DNA of 64,000 nt, from assembly GCA_028534125.1 (NCBI GenBank), contig CM052818.1:47122001-47186000 (forward strand). The letters run 5' to 3'. Made by a program: the position numbers and the translations under genes. Every line of letters begins with the position of its first letter. Position 1 is the first letter of the stretch. A model generated the notes under the pieces. It did not search any database and was not told the DNA's origin. It saw only the letters and a program-made list of their open reading frames with translations. The stretch is from Lama glama. Lineage: Eukaryota. This document shows, piece after piece, positions 1-13,429 of this stretch.

Positions 1-104
1 ACCCAAGGCGGTAGCGGTCTTGGAGAGGCGCTAAACTCCTCTTTGGTGAACCGCTGTTATTTCGGTTTTGTTCTTTTCTTTTGTATTTATCTCTCTTTCA
101 AAAG

Positions 105-242
105 GAAGCGTAAATAGTCTGTCCTGACTGAAATTATGTGGTTTGTAAAGGCACAGGTCTGAGTAAAAAGTGATCGCTAGGAATTCGCTTCCACCTCCTG
201 CACGTGATCAATCCAGGCTGTTCATTTTTATCGTGCTGTTAG
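105..242 (+). other. Candidate non-coding exon (lncRNA or 5' UTR)
   Basis: Long pyrimidine tract ttcttttcttttgtatttatctctctttcaaaAG ends at 104; donor TAG|GTAAGC at 242/243; 138 nt; no recognisable protein. Confidence 0.4.
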
Positions 243-962
243 GTAAGCAGACTGGGGCGATGATGTCATGTCACTACCTAGCTTTCATTACACTTTTTGA
301 GAAGATATTCATTAAAGTCTCTTGCGCAAGAAGGAGATGTATGAGCTCGGTGCTACGACTGAAGTGGACTTTTAACACATTGATTAATGCATAGAAATAA
401 ATCTGAGCTAAACCTCTGGTGAAGTGTCATTGGGATGTTCTGTGCTCTGCACCTGCCATAAAAAATGAATGGGTATGACCCAGGATTTATAATACTCTTG
501 CTCAATGTCTACAACTAGATTAAATTAAAATTAAATTGTGTCCAGTTGTGCTTTTAATTTAATAGTATAACATAAATTTCCATTATCATTTACTACAATG
601 TTATTTATTTTCTCAAAAGATTGGCCAACACCTAGTTGTCTGAGGGTAGAAGAATAGTTAAATACACTGTAATTTATGTTGTTAAAGAACATTGAACCTC
701 ATGGGCTTCACTACAGATATAATATTAAATTAAAAAATAAACTAATTACAGGATTCTGTACAGTTTGATTCCAGTGTGGTTTAAAAAGAAAGAACCAAAA
801 TATCAAAGGAGATTTTCTTTTGTTCTCTTTTCACATTTTCAACGTTTGTTTTTTTACATCAGTGGGTACTATTTTATAATGAAGGTAAAATGCTTTTTAA
901 AAGAAAGGCAACTTTATATAATGACTTTAAGACTAGGGCAGACTCTTTTTTCCTCTGTGTAG

Positions 963-1185
963 ATAAGATCTGTGCAAACTTTAATCCCACAGTTGAGTTT
1001 ATGCTGCGTACGATGATGTAGAAGATCTTGAAGTCTGTTTGGTGCTGCTGCAGGAGTTACTCTGCCTCTGATTTATGAGTTCATATTTTAATGTAGTTCA
1101 AACTATTTTCTGGAAAACTACATCATCAAATATAACTACCAGGCTGATTCAACATAGCAATAGTTGGAGAAGACTTGGCACGGAA
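963..1185 (+). other. Candidate non-coding exon (alternatively a terminal exon running to AATAAA at ~1922)
   Basis: Acceptor ctcttttttcctctgtgtAG (AG at 961-962); possible donor GAA|GTACGT at 1185/1186; AT-rich context with no recognised repeat. Confidence 0.3.
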
Positions 1186-2016
1186 GTACGTTTTCTATCT
1201 AAAGAAAGCCAGAATTTTCCTGACTTGAGGCATCCTTGAATATGCTTGTTTTCCAAGGAAGTACATGTAAATATCGATCTTGTTTTAATGAAATTAACAA
1301 GCAGGTGAATTTCAAATATATTTAAAAAGTACTTTTCAGTTTATAGGAAAGAACTTTTTCATTAGTCTTGTTGTTGACCTATTTGATTCCAGTGCTACAT
1401 CTAGTTTTTTCCCTAAACGTAAATAACTTGATGGGGGAGTTAATATTTTAATACTTTAAATGATACTTAAAACCGTGCTCAGAACTTGCTTGGCGAGCAT
1501 CTTCCTTTTAGCTTACTTGTTAAGTAGTTTACTTTAGCTTTTGCTGTTGAATTTTTACTACTTTAAAAAGGAAGAATTTGAAGTAGAATAAATTTCTCAC
1601 TTGCTCGATATTTTTAATACACTGTTATAACTTTCATTCTAAATGTTGTGTTCAGCTGGGCTATGTTGCACTGAAAAATACATATGTGAAAGATGGGTGA
1701 GTTAGCAGCATACTTTGGTTTCTCAGAAACTTGCTTGCTTTTAAATTTGGAAGCTTCTCAGGACCTTATAAATGCTTTATTTAATAGAATGCATTTGGGG
1801 AGATGTACTTTGATTTTTAAAGGATTTCTCCCACTGTAAGATCCTATTGCTGTGTGGTTCCCAGTGGTTCATTTGAGATTTCTTTATGGCTCATAGCTTG
1901 AAATCAAAGATACTTGATAAAAATAAAATGAAAATCTTCATAACAGGCATTTAAAGAACTTCCTTGAAAAATATATCAGAAAAAAATCCCCTGGATTTTC
2001 TCAAGTACTAGCTGCT

Positions 2017-2105
2017 TTCATTCATTCATACATTCATTCATTCATTCATTTATTTGTTCACTCAGCACATCATTACTGGGAACCTAGGGTGCTCAAGGCT
2101 CTGGG
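2017..2105 (-). mobile_element. L2 LINE 3' end with (TTCA)n tail
   Basis: (TTCA)n at 2017-2050 followed by degenerate L2 3'-terminal sequence in antisense. Confidence 0.5.
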
Positions 2106-3439
2106 TACCCTAAGTCACTTGTTAGCTCTTGAAATAAGGATAATGTTCTCCACAATCCTGGAGTATCTGGAGGAGCTGAATTACATTGTTGCGCTATTTG
2201 TCACAATATTACTGTGGTTGCACTGTAAAAATTATAGTGTGTTCATTGCTTCCTCACCCTGTACCAATTTCCTTCCAGCTGATGGTGCAGTAAAACTGAT
2301 GCAGAGAGAGGAGGGCAGGATGGCAACCTTGGCCATCACAGCCAGGGACCCAGGGAGCGGCAGGTCGGGTGCTCCTGGGACCTGTTTGAGAAACATTCTA
2401 TCACACGCTTTACCTTGAGGACACTTTCCCAAGAGTGAAAAACAAAACAAAAGAACACACACAGGTCAAGGATTTGAAGTTGGTTGGATTCCGGGTGTTT
2501 TCGGGGAACCAGAGAAAGCCAGGGAGAGGAGCTTGGCTTGTTAAGCCAAGATGTGCATGTTTGTGCAACTCGTTAATTCGCTTAAATCCTTAGGGAAAAA
2601 CATCTACTTTCGGAAGTAGGTAATAATGATTTTTAAAAGCTTGTGGGTGGAAGTGATGCTGTGCAGCAAACTGGCCCTTAGGTGCCTGGCGGCTCCTCCC
2701 CTGCATCCTTGCTCCTTCACGGTACCAGGTGCCGGGCCCCTGAGTGGCGCCCATCAGTATCCATTGTGTGTTGAATTGGCTGAACCTTTCACTTTTCAAC
2801 GTCAGTTCATTTATAGTGGCTGCTTTTAATATATTAAAATACAGTCAGGTGTGGAAAAGGAAAATTTTCACAGCCATGGACGCTTCCATTGTCCCCCCCC
2901 CCACTCCCCTGCACTGTGTTTTGGAGTGTCACTTCAAAACTTATAAGTTATGGGGAAGAAAGCATTCTGTAAGCCTCTTGGGAAGCATCCATCCCTTCTT
3001 TTCCCTGTGGATTGTTATTTGGAAAAACTGAAGGGTCAAAATATCCACAGGATTAGAGAACCAGGCTATTTTGCTTTGTTTCTTGTTTCTTGTTTTTTTT
3101 TTAATTTTATTTTTAAAAAGCCACTTATTAAAAAACAAAACAAAAACTGGTTTACTAAGTCACATACACAAGCTACCAAAATAGGGCATTCACCACAGAG
3201 TACCTGAAAAATACAGCTAAAAAAGAGGAGTCGGTTGAGTATTTAATGTCAGAAACTGACCTGACTCCTCGTTGAATGGCTTTAATTAGCATATAGTGGG
3301 GAATGGCTTTGTTTCTTTACTGATGACGGTACTGCAGGGATAAATATATTTTATTTGAAATACAATTTTTTGCTTAAAAATAAGATGTCCTTATAAAAAT
3401 TCAGCAACTATAAGAACCTATTTTTATACATACAAATTT

Positions 3440-3790
3440 ACTTTTAAACATTTAAAAGTGAAAGTCACCCTGATCCTCCCACTAGACATAGTCATTGTTT
3501 ATATAGATATTAGATAGAAATGAATGTAGATATATAATTTCATGTAAAGATTATACAATTCTTTATATATAATACAATCTTAATTGTGTATATTTATAGA
3601 ATACTTTGCACTTTCCCTACTGTTATATGTCAGATTTATTCTTATCATTTAAAATATCAATTTACATACCTCCTTTTATAAACCTCATTTTATTGGCTGC
3701 CTAATATTCCGTTCTATATTCACAATGGCGATTTTTTTTTCATGTAACAATTCCCTTTGGATATGCAATCATAGGCTGTTACTTTCTACC
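3440..3790 (-). mobile_element. Ancient L1 (L1ME-like) fragment
   Basis: AT-rich, with ctcattttattggctgcctaatattcc, typical of antisense old L1 3' regions; highly diverged. Confidence 0.4.
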
Positions 3791-4973
3791 TGCAGAAGCA
3801 TCATGTAACTGGAAGGAAGATATTTCTTAGATCAATTGCTAAAAAAAAAAAGAAAAAAAGGATCCAGAGAATCTGGCCAGCCATAAGCGTCATGTTCACC
3901 TACTCTCATCTAAAACTAGAAAGAGTTAACATATGTGCTGTCACCACGAGCACAGTGTGGGAAGGAAAGCCGCTCTCCTCCTCATCCGTTTTTAAATCAC
4001 ACCCATGATGCAGCTGGAAGTGATGGCAGGTCAAGACAGAAACATTCCTAAATTCTCATGAACACAGCAACAGAATCACAAACGGGAGACCTCGGAACAC
4101 AGAAGACCGAAAGTAGACCAAGCCGACACGCGTCGACATCCAACAAGAGTGATGTCCTTTGCTAATTAAATGCGGGCAATCCCTCCTCACTTTGTAAAAT
4201 AAAGTTCATTTGTATACATGATATAAAACCCTATAGCTTAAAAGGAGAGATTACATGACTAGTTCTGGTTTGGATTTTTAACTCTGATGTTATGGAATGA
4301 CTAAGCCGTCTTGAATTCATAAATGTATCTCACTCCATCCTGTCCATGGCCCATTCATCTGCCATTGTCCCGTTTGCTGGCTTTGCCGATGGCTGCACTT
4401 CCAGAATTAGAAGGGCCTCGGTCTAGACCTCCTGACGTGTGTGCAGCCTGGGCTGCGACTCTCCTGGCTGGCGGGACTGTTCCTGCCCAGAAGAGTCATC
4501 CCCGCCCAGGCTCCAGAGATGCATTTCATCTCGGTGCTGTTTGCAGACAGACTTTAAAAGGCTGTCCCGAGAACACATCTCTGCAGTAGTTTAGTGTGTC
4601 AGCCCGAGGGCAAGCATTTTGTTCTATTCTTAAGAGGCAACTATTTGTGTATCGGGAGTTTGCACCAACAGAAAAGAAAGCAGAAGGTCAGGAAAACAGC
4701 TCCTTGGGATCCTAAGCCCCGTGGGGTTCTGGAAGGGTCTCTCCTGGGGGAGGGACAGATCTGATGGGTAAGCACACCCCGGGGTGGGGCAGTGGCTGCT
4801 TTGGGGCTTCATGAGCTATTAACCCCCACATTCTGGGGTGTCGATGGGAGCTGTCCAAGCCAGAAGGGCTCTGTTGGCTTAAAAATTGCTGACATTGTTT
4901 GTTTTCCTAGAAAAATAATAAAATTCTCAACAGGACTTTATGGGGGCACTTGTTGAGAAAGAATCATGAAGAA

Positions 4974-5127
4974 TACAGCACAGGGAACTATATTCAATAG
5001 ATTGTAATAACCTATAAAGGAAAAGAATGTGAAAAAGTACATATATATAGTCTGTCTAACTGAATCACTATGCTGTACACCTGAAAGGAACACAAAATTG
5101 TAAATCAACTCTACTTCAATTAAAAAA
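4974..5127 (+). mobile_element. 5'-truncated L1 3' UTR end (cetartiodactyl/camelid type)
   Basis: tacagcacagggaactatattcaata...tgaatcactatgctgtacacctgaa...cttcaattaaaaaa; same family as 43184-43425 and 54790-55309. Confidence 0.85.
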
Positions 5128-8100
5128 CAGAATATAGGTAAATAGTTCTTCTCATAGGACCTGGACCTGAGGAGATTGGAGGGTGATGCAAAATGTATTA
5201 TCCTGGAAACTCTAAATATGCTTTTATTTTTAAAAAGGCACTTAGGATCCTTGCACTACCCACTCCACAGGTGGAGAAGGGTGCAGGGGAGGGGGAGCCC
5301 TGGGGAGGCGGGATTGGGGGGCACCCAGCCACCTGCTTGTTGGCCGGAGTAGCTGCAGGCCAAGCCCGGGGCTGGCTCAGGACTCTCTGTGTGAGTCAAG
5401 AAACTGAAGAGAGGAGAACTTATGGCATGTGCTTTGAGACTCCCTTAAATAGAAACGACCAGCCACTTGAGTTTTCTCAGCATGTCTGCTGCATCCATGC
5501 CTCTTGCTGAACACACAGGAAACGCTGACCCACAAAAATGTCTGGAAGAGATTTGGGAGTGAGGACAGCATCAAGATCACAAGGTCCTGGATTACTTGGT
5601 AATGACACCCACCCCTCAGCCCGACTGTCAGGACGAGTGAGGAAGGCTAGGAACACATCTCGCCCAGCATCTGGTCCTCCTAGCCACCCCCGCCCCCACC
5701 CTCGTCCATCAAACCTCACTTCCTTCCCTGAGTGTAAGTTTGACCAAGGAATTAGCTTATTAAATAACTCCCAGGTAATAACTCACTACAGAATGCATTA
5801 TAAATCATGGTTTATACATAGTCTTAATTGTAAACTGAGTATTACATTAAATTTTAACGTTGAATAAAATTGAAATTAAGTTTCTCAGTCTACACTGAGT
5901 CGATACGGAAAATTCCCAGTGTGAAGATCTGGAAATTAAAGTATTGGCAATGAATAACATACAGCGGTTAATGGAGAACTGGCTGTTGTTCGTGGTGGTG
6001 ATTCAATCACCTGCAGGGGCCCTTTGGTTTCAAAGTAACACGGTGGTGTCAGTGAGCTGGCGTTGGACTAACACTGAATTGTGCACATAGTTTTTGGAGG
6101 TGGCATTTATACTTTTTTTTAAGATTAGAGTTAACTGGTTTTTGATAAAATCTGATGAGTCAAAATTATTTGCTGCAGTTATTTAAATCATAATAGCTTC
6201 ACATTTATTTTTCTTGAAACGATAACCATCTTGAGGGTTGTATTGGACCCTCCCGCTTTCAGATCCCAAAAGATGAACCTAAAAGAAGCATCTGTGCTTA
6301 GGACGGGGTGTGTGCGTGTGTGTGTAGTAACACTATGTGGTGATGTGTCAGAGAGAAAGGCAGATTCAGATTCACACGTGCTGTGGACACACTGCAAGAG
6401 AGCCCAGGCAGGAGGTGTGACCCCAGCCAGACAGGGCGGCCCGAGGCCTGTTGAACTGCTGAGCGTGGAAATGAGGGGTAGCATGCCCAGCAGACGGGTC
6501 TGCCCACCATCCTGGGGTCCGTCCGGGAAGGTTAAGGAGGAATTGGCTGAACTGTTTACCCACCCTCCCCCTGCTCACCGACCCTCCAGCTGTAAGACAC
6601 TGTGGACGGTGTCCACCCGACACCTAAGGTGGTGTCTCCAGCCCTGGATGGAGGCCAGGACCATGACTCTGGGTGCGCACCTGCCTGGGGCCGTTGTTTG
6701 GCTGGAGAGAGAGGAAGTCACGAAGCTGCTGAAGCCCCAGTCTTAGCCTCATTCGGGAGCTCAAGCTGCCAGCCCAGCGAATCTGAGTGAGCGTGGAAAC
6801 AGCCCCGAGAGGCTTCCCTGTGAGCGCCGCAGGCCTTTCCCAATTCTAAACTCCTGTGGAAACACATCTGAGAGCCTAACACATTTAAATATCTACTTGG
6901 CATGGGATGTTTAATTATTACTGAGAATACTCGGGAAGCCACCATGTCAGAGTCCGTGTTCCCCGCAGTAAGGAAGAGACAGACACCCACTGTTCTTTGG
7001 ATCCTGTGCTCAGCGACTTTCAATATGTGACTGTTTCTGTCAGAGGGATGTGGGCGGTTTTAGGGACCCAGTGTGTTCTCACAGCCGCTCCCAGATTCCC
7101 GCCGAAGACTCAGGTTGGATATTTGTGAAATTTAGGGGAAAAGGGTAGGTGGCTGTGATGTGTAAGGGACTCTCAGGAGGAGAGCAGAGTAGTGAACCTT
7201 GGCCCGAGTGTATAGAGGGGGCCCCGGCCGAGGACAACATGGCCTGGGGGGACATGGAGGAGGCGACGGGCAGGGAACTTGAGGGGAGGCTTCCCAGAAA
7301 AGTGGCAACTGGGGAGGGTCTTGTAACAAGAACCAAGGGCCTTCCAGCACAGAGAACCCAGGAGGAAGGGGGCAGGGGGGACAGGGTGAAGGCAGGGTCA
7401 GGGCACGGCGGGTTTGGGGAGCTGCATGGAGCCCGCTGGGGCGAGAGCCGGGGCTTGGGTGTGGGCCAAGCTTGGAAGAGTCCCGTGTCCCCCTGTTACT
7501 TCACTCTGATGTGAGGCGCGGCTGGCTTCCAGGGCCTGGAGACTCACTCACCCGTTTCCCAGCACGGGCCTAGACCGCGCCCTGGGGAAGGATCCGCAAG
7601 CTTCCCCGGACTCTGCAATTGCGCAGTTAGAGCTCCGAGCCCCAGGAAGTCAGGGAGAAGAGCAGCCTCATTTCACATTGGGAGGCACTTTTTAGAGCAT
7701 ATTTCTTTGTGTCTATTGTCTTCATCACACAGATGGATTGTTTCGAAGCGCTGGCTGAGCACGTGCCGACCACGTCTTCAGGGCTGGGTAACGTGTCCCG
7801 GGGAGTGGACGGAGCCTGGCGACCAGAAGCTTCCAGCTGAGCTGGGGTGACTCGGCCCACCCCGGGCGGCTGGGTGAGGGGACCGTACGGTGCTGACCCG
7901 CAAGTTGGTATGGACAGGAAGGCGGAGAGGGCTTCCTGACGGGAGCAGGGACTTGGCCGGGATGGCCGTGTGATCACGTCTAGATGGATGCGTAGGTTGA
8001 AGTGTGCTGCACTGGGCCGGGGTAAGAAGCACGTGTGCGTCCATTCCTTGAGGGCTGGGCAGCGGTCAGGGCCTGAGACCAGTCAAGCGCAAGGCGACAG

Positions 8101-9469
8101 GGGCGGTGAAGTCTGCGGTGACCCAGCGAGCTCAGGGAAGTCTTGGCAGCCTCGGAGTCTTTCACGTAGTGCTGGGAAAAACAGAACTAGGTTGTGGTTG
8201 TGACAGACTTGAAGTCTGCCCATTTGTTATTTTTTGGGGGAGGGGAGATCATTGTAATTTTGTCAGCTCTCAGGAAATGAAGGGAAGGTAGGCTTAGGCA
8301 GTTAGCCTGACTTGAAGTCCAGAGGGAGGGCAGAGACTGCTGGTTAGAGACGAGGCGATTAGCGCTCAGGGGCTGAGCTCTCGGCGTGAGCCACAGGGCC
8401 TGGGTGTGGGTGAGGGGTCCAAGGAAGGCTGAGAAATGGGCAGCTGGAAAGAGAGAGACTTCAGGGTTCAACGGGGGCAGGTGATGAAGAGAGGGCCCAG
8501 GTGAGCCGATGCCATTCACTTGCCCTGAGAGGGACCCGTTTGGAGAAGGAGGTTGGGTGGAGGTAATCCATCCAGTGGAGCTGCTTCCTCGGCCCTCAGC
8601 GAGCAGGTGACAGTCAGGGATGTTCACACCCAAGTTCTGAAGTTTTATCATTTCCCATCTCCTGAGCCAGAAATGATCAAGCTGGAATAGTTTTATAAAT
8701 AAGTACCAGAATGTAAAAGAAGATTGAAACAACCTCCCCAACCGGCCTTTTCTTATTTGTTTGCGTTTTCTTTGTTATTGTTAATAATATTACACAGATC
8801 CTTACAGTCTGACATCAGTATAACTCCAGAGATTGTGGTGAAGCAGATGAGAAAAAAAGAGAAAGAAAAAGTGGAATCTGCGTGAGAAAAAAGGAAGCAT
8901 CTCCAGCTTAGAAATAAACAAAAACACTGCCATGAGGATGGAAAACAGAAACCTGAGATAAACACCCAAGGATTTTACAAATCCATGCACTTTTCATCCA
9001 TTCCTCAAAGAAAAGCTCCCACAAACTCACCAAAGGCTTCTGAAGTCCCGGGGATGGGGGCAGGGCAGAAATAGATGTGAGGGAGACATGGCTTCAAAGA
9101 TGGTTCGAAGCGTGCTGACAGCATGGTAAACACACGAGCAGTTGCCTTCATGACACAAACACTGGGACGCGGCTAGTTTTGATTTCCAGCTCTGATTCTG
9201 TGTGACTGTGCCACCAAAATTAAGATTTCTCACTTTACATCTCACCATTCTTGATGGGGCCAGAGCTGATACAACATTAGATTTCGTCTCAAACGATTTC
9301 ACCCTCGAAGCAAAACTGCAACATCTCATATGGCAACGCAGTGTTGTATTCATGACTGCCTTTTCTTTATTCCTTTCTTTTCTTTTTTTCTTTCCTTTTC
9401 TTTTCTTTCCTTTTTTTTTTTAGTAAGCAGAAAAATAATGTGGTTTGATGCAGTGGCCCAACACAATAG

Positions 9470-9660
9470 GAGCTAATGAATAGAGCGTGTTGCACTCGAG
9501 AGACCACAGTTCAATTACTGGTGGTGCCAATCAAGTCAGAAATATTAACCATGGTAACCACAGAGTTCCAGCTCTATGGATGCGTGGGGAGGCAGTTGCT
9601 CTTTGGGAATCACTGGGGTCCTGGGAGGGAGAAGGACTTGGAGTGACAAAGCACCACTGA
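9470..9660 (+). mobile_element. Ancient tRNA-derived SINE (MamSINE1-like)
   Basis: Degenerate tRNA-like head (tagagcgtgttgcac...gttcaatt); body resembles 17385-17570. Confidence 0.3.
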
Positions 9661-9917
9661 GCGAGTGAATGCCGCCTTCACAAAGATGGGCAGTCAGGGG
9701 CTACTGCTCCAAGAAGTCCTGCTGAGAAGGCCCGGGGCTTCATTCCCAGAGAGCTTGCGGGAGTCCAGGAGGGAAGGTACAATGGCAAAGAAATATGTAT
9801 TTAGAGGAAGCTGAATAGGGAGAGAAGAAAGCAAGCTGTGTGCTGTGGTCATGTATTCCCACAATGATCTGGCTCCTTTAGGGCCTGGGGGCTGAGTTAC
9901 ATACAAGGGAAGGTAGG

Positions 9918-10369
9918 TGTTACGGATCGAACTGTGTCCCTCTCAAACTCATGGGTTGGGGTCCTAAATCCCAGGACCTCTGGATGTGACCTGCTCTGGA
10001 AATAGGGTCATGGCAGATGTAATTAGTCAAGATGAGGTCATCCTGGAGGAGGAATCCCAGACGGCTGGCGTCCTTATAAAGAGGGGAAATTTAGACACAG
10101 AAACTCACACAGGGTGAATGCCACGTGAATGTGAAGACAGAGACTGGGCTGATGTATCTTCAAGACAAGGAGCCCCCGAGGTTGCCGGGGAAGCACCGGC
10201 AGCTGAGAGGGAGGGATGGGACAGACTCGCCCTCACAGCTGCAGGAGCCACCAACCCTGCAAAACCTCCGTGCTGGACTCCTGGCCTCCAGAACTGTGGG
10301 CGGTTCACTTCTGTTGTGTAAACCGTGTCATTTGTGGTGCTTCTTATGACAGCCCTAGCGAACTAGAAC
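9918..10369 (+). mobile_element. MaLR solo LTR (MLT1C-like)
   Basis: Starts tgttacggatcgaactgtgtccc; contains ggaaatagggtcatggcagatgtaattagt, gtccttataaagagggg and ggcctccagaactgtg; ends cagccctagcgaactagaac; ~450 bp. Confidence 0.85.
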
Positions 10370-10370
10370 T

Positions 10371-10455
10371 GCCCACATCTACTGAACTGGGAACTTTGGG
10401 GGTGGGGCCCAGTTACCAGGAGATTTTGATGCACCCTCAAGTCTGAAAAGTACCC
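10371..10455. mobile_element. MER5A-like hAT-Charlie fragment
   Basis: ctactgaactgggaactttgggggtggggcccag...gattttgatgcaccctcaagtctgaaaag resembles the MER5A terminal half. Confidence 0.6.
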
Positions 10456-10894
10456 CTGCAAATCACTAGTTCCCATGGGAACAATCCAGGCATGTTTTCT
10501 TAAAAAACAGACTCTTGTAATCACTTTCCAGCAGTTACCTTACTCCCCCTCCCCTTGCCCCCCCCCCCCAGTTTACTGAATTAAAATCTCACAGCTATTT
10601 CTTGTAGTAAGTTCTAAATCTTAGGGCCCAGGGTTTCCTGGGATGTGTCTGGTGATTTTTCCGCTTAGAAGGTAATTGCTTTTCCAATAAGGAATCTTCA
10701 CTTTTGCATAGTATTTCCCAGTTTATAACACACTTTAACATGAATTGGCTCATTTGCTTAATTTTAGGTCCTGACCCACCTGTGGGTCTGGCTCTAAGGT
10801 CCATTTTCTTGTCCACTTCCCTGTGTGGCTTTTCCAACAGGCATGCAAACTATTTGTGGTTTCCAAATAATCCGTCTTCTCTCTCTCCTCCATG

Positions 10895-11010
10895 ACCAAT
10901 GCAAGTTAATCCACCGCGCCTCGCCTCAGTGTTCTCATCTGTAAATTGGGGCTCTGACAATACCTGCCTCACAAGGCTGTTATGGGTATTGAACAAGACA
11001 ATCTGTGAAG
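10895..11010 (+). mobile_element. MIR SINE
   Basis: Core gcctcagtgttctcatctgtaaattgggg...tacctgcctcacaaggctgtt. Confidence 0.75.
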
Positions 11011-11089
11011 TTTATTCTACCTCCCTTCCTCATTTTTCTTATCGCTATCATTATGCGGTCAATAACGTGGGCTTAAACCCTGCTGACTG

Positions 11090-11290
11090 TGTTGGGGCTG
11101 CATTTCTAAGGCTCCTTGGCTGTGTCACTTGGAGTGTTATTGAAAATCTCCGGAGTCAGCTTCCTCTTCTGAAAAGGGCATAATAATAATAACTCCTTCC
11201 TCACAAAGTTCTTTGTGAAGGATGAACTGGATTAAAGCTCTTTGTGTGAGATGGGTACATAGAAAGGTGTCAAAAATGTTAATTATCATT
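11090..11290 (+). mobile_element. MIR SINE
   Basis: gctgtgtcacttgg...cagcttcctcttctgaaaagggcataataata...cctcacaaag. Confidence 0.6.
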
Positions 11291-11344
11291 GTTCTTATTC
11301 AATAAACACACCATTCAGTCCCATCCACACATTCTTATTCAATT

Positions 11345-11485
11345 AGTGTTCTAAGCTCTTTCGCAGCTATCATCTTATTTCATCCTATAAACATTTTGCA
11401 TGGATGAGAAAACGGAGTCACAGACCCGGTAGGGCTTGCCGAGTGCCACATGATTCATTATTGGTGGAATAGAGTTGAAACCCCT
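11345..11485 (-). mobile_element. MIR SINE
   Basis: Antisense core gatgagaaaacggagtcacaga...cttgccgagtgccaca. Confidence 0.55.
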
Positions 11486-12599
11486 AACCACGTCCACTGG
11501 TTCCTCTTTCTGAAATGGCCAGTGTAACCTTCACAGTGAGTGACCCACCAAAGGCAGGACAAGATCACTCGCGTGTGTGAACTTTGTGGAGTTTCTCTGC
11601 AGTCCACCTCCTTCTTATTCTCTTACCTCGGAGTTTGTCTGTGGTTTCCTTAAATCCCTTTCTTTTAATTCTGTCTTCATGTTGCTTTGGGTTTCTTCTG
11701 CTCTCTGACTGTCGCCCCTTCCGTGATAACTCTTGGTTGTCGTGGTAACATGGACCGACTAGTCGTGTCCAGCTCTGGCCACCAATCTCTCCTTGGCTTC
11801 ACAGCCTCATTCCTTTAGCTGGTCCCTGGGAGCCAAGTTCCCAGAGACAAGATGCTGGGATCAGAGGGGCAAGTGGCTTACTGGTTGCTGGTGGTCCCCT
11901 CTCCTCTCTCCTTGCTCCTGGTAGCACTAACTTTCCCCTTCATCTTCTGTGCAACGAGGGCAGAAGCCATTGACTTACAATCGGAAAACTGAGTCCAGGT
12001 CAATTTCAGTGCCGTGTGCAGCCACGCTCCACACGGTGCTCTGAGATGAACCAAGCATTGTCTAGGGTGGGGGCCAGTATTTCCCTTTTCTGAGGTCGGT
12101 GAGGAGCCTACAGGTCTGCATTCATCTTGAAGTTTGGATGATTGGCTCTCTCCAAAATGTCACATAGTCTGTACAAGTGTTATTTGTAAAATTTAAGTGA
12201 GCTCATATTAATTTCATTTTCATGTCAACAAGCATTTACCATAGCCCTGTGATGTGCTTAGGGACAGGACAGGCCTTTTTGGGATTAAGGGCATCAGAAC
12301 ACACACACCATTGCACACACACAATCTCTTGCAATGAACTCAAGGAGATTTGCTTCTAGCTTGGAGACCTTACAAAGGAAATAATTGGAAAATATTTGTA
12401 ATGTTTTCCAACTAAGAACCCAATAGAACATGTGGTCAAGTGTTAGATGCTTTGTAGTCAGGCAAAAGCACTGCGTTTTGTGAGTAGTTTGGACCGCTTT
12501 GTCTTTCTGTGTAAAGGGAGACAGAATTATCACATCATTGGGGTACAGACGGGATCGAGACGAGGAAATCTGTTTTCCCAGGATGGCAGCGGTGATATT

Positions 12600-12830
12600 G
12601 TAAGAAGAATATAGGGCTTGTGGGCCAAAGACTTGCATTCCAATTTTTGGTCTGATTTGTGTTTGCAGTGGGATTTTAAACAAGTTAATTAACCTCTCTG
12701 AACCCAATTTGCTCATCTGTAAGACGGCGTTAATAATATCTACTTCAAGGATTGCTGAATGGAGATCTACTGTAATAGATGGGAGCATATTCTGCAAACA
12801 CTGACGCTCCGTGTTCATTAAGAGGTTATT
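12600..12830 (+). mobile_element. MIR SINE
   Basis: caagttaattaacctctctgaacccaatttgctcatctgtaagacggcgttaataata. Confidence 0.7.
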
Positions 12831-13001
12831 AGTCCAATGATGTTCCCCACACGACTAACGTGAAAGAGCAGCTCTGCCTGGCATCCCCATAGCTGCCCCC
12901 AGTGAGCGGCCAGGCTTGAACCGAGTTGGGGAGAGTAAGTGCGGTTGAAGAAAAGATGATGCTGCCTCAGGGGAAGGGGGACCTGGCGCCGGAGAAGCAG
13001 A

Positions 13002-13424
13002 AAATTCAGTGGTACTAAGTATGTTCACAGCCTTCTGCAACCATCATCATTATCCGGGTCCAGAATTTCCCATCACCATACTTGCTAAGTGTGGAAAATC
13101 CACGCCTGTTAAGGCATGCCTCCGCTCCCGCCCCCAGCCCCTGATAACTGTGTTTTTAGGCTTGTCTGCTCTTTCTGTTTCATATCAGTGGATCATCACA
13201 ATATGTGACCTTTCGTGTCTGGCTTCTTCCACCAAGAATGATGATTCTGAAGTTCATTCACGCTGTAGTGCACGTCGGCGCTCCCCCTTGTTTATGTCTG
13301 AGTAATATTCCACCGCATGGTCTGTACCTGATCACCGGTTGGTGGACACTTGGGTTCTTTCCGCCTCTTGGTTATTGTGAGTGATGCCACCAGAAGCATC
13401 GCCATGAACGTTTCTGTTTGAATC
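13002..13424 (-). mobile_element. L1MB-type 3' end fragment
   Basis: aattcagtggtactaagtatgttcacag...caaccatca...cccccagcccctgataac...tgtctggcttctt...gagtaatattcc...ggacacttggg. Confidence 0.8.
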
Positions 13425-13429
13425 TCATC

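Noticed and set aside
259..362. Possible C/D snoRNA (ATGATGT...CTGA)
   Set aside because: Imperfect C box, no terminal stem, no recognisable guide, and too close to the putative donor.
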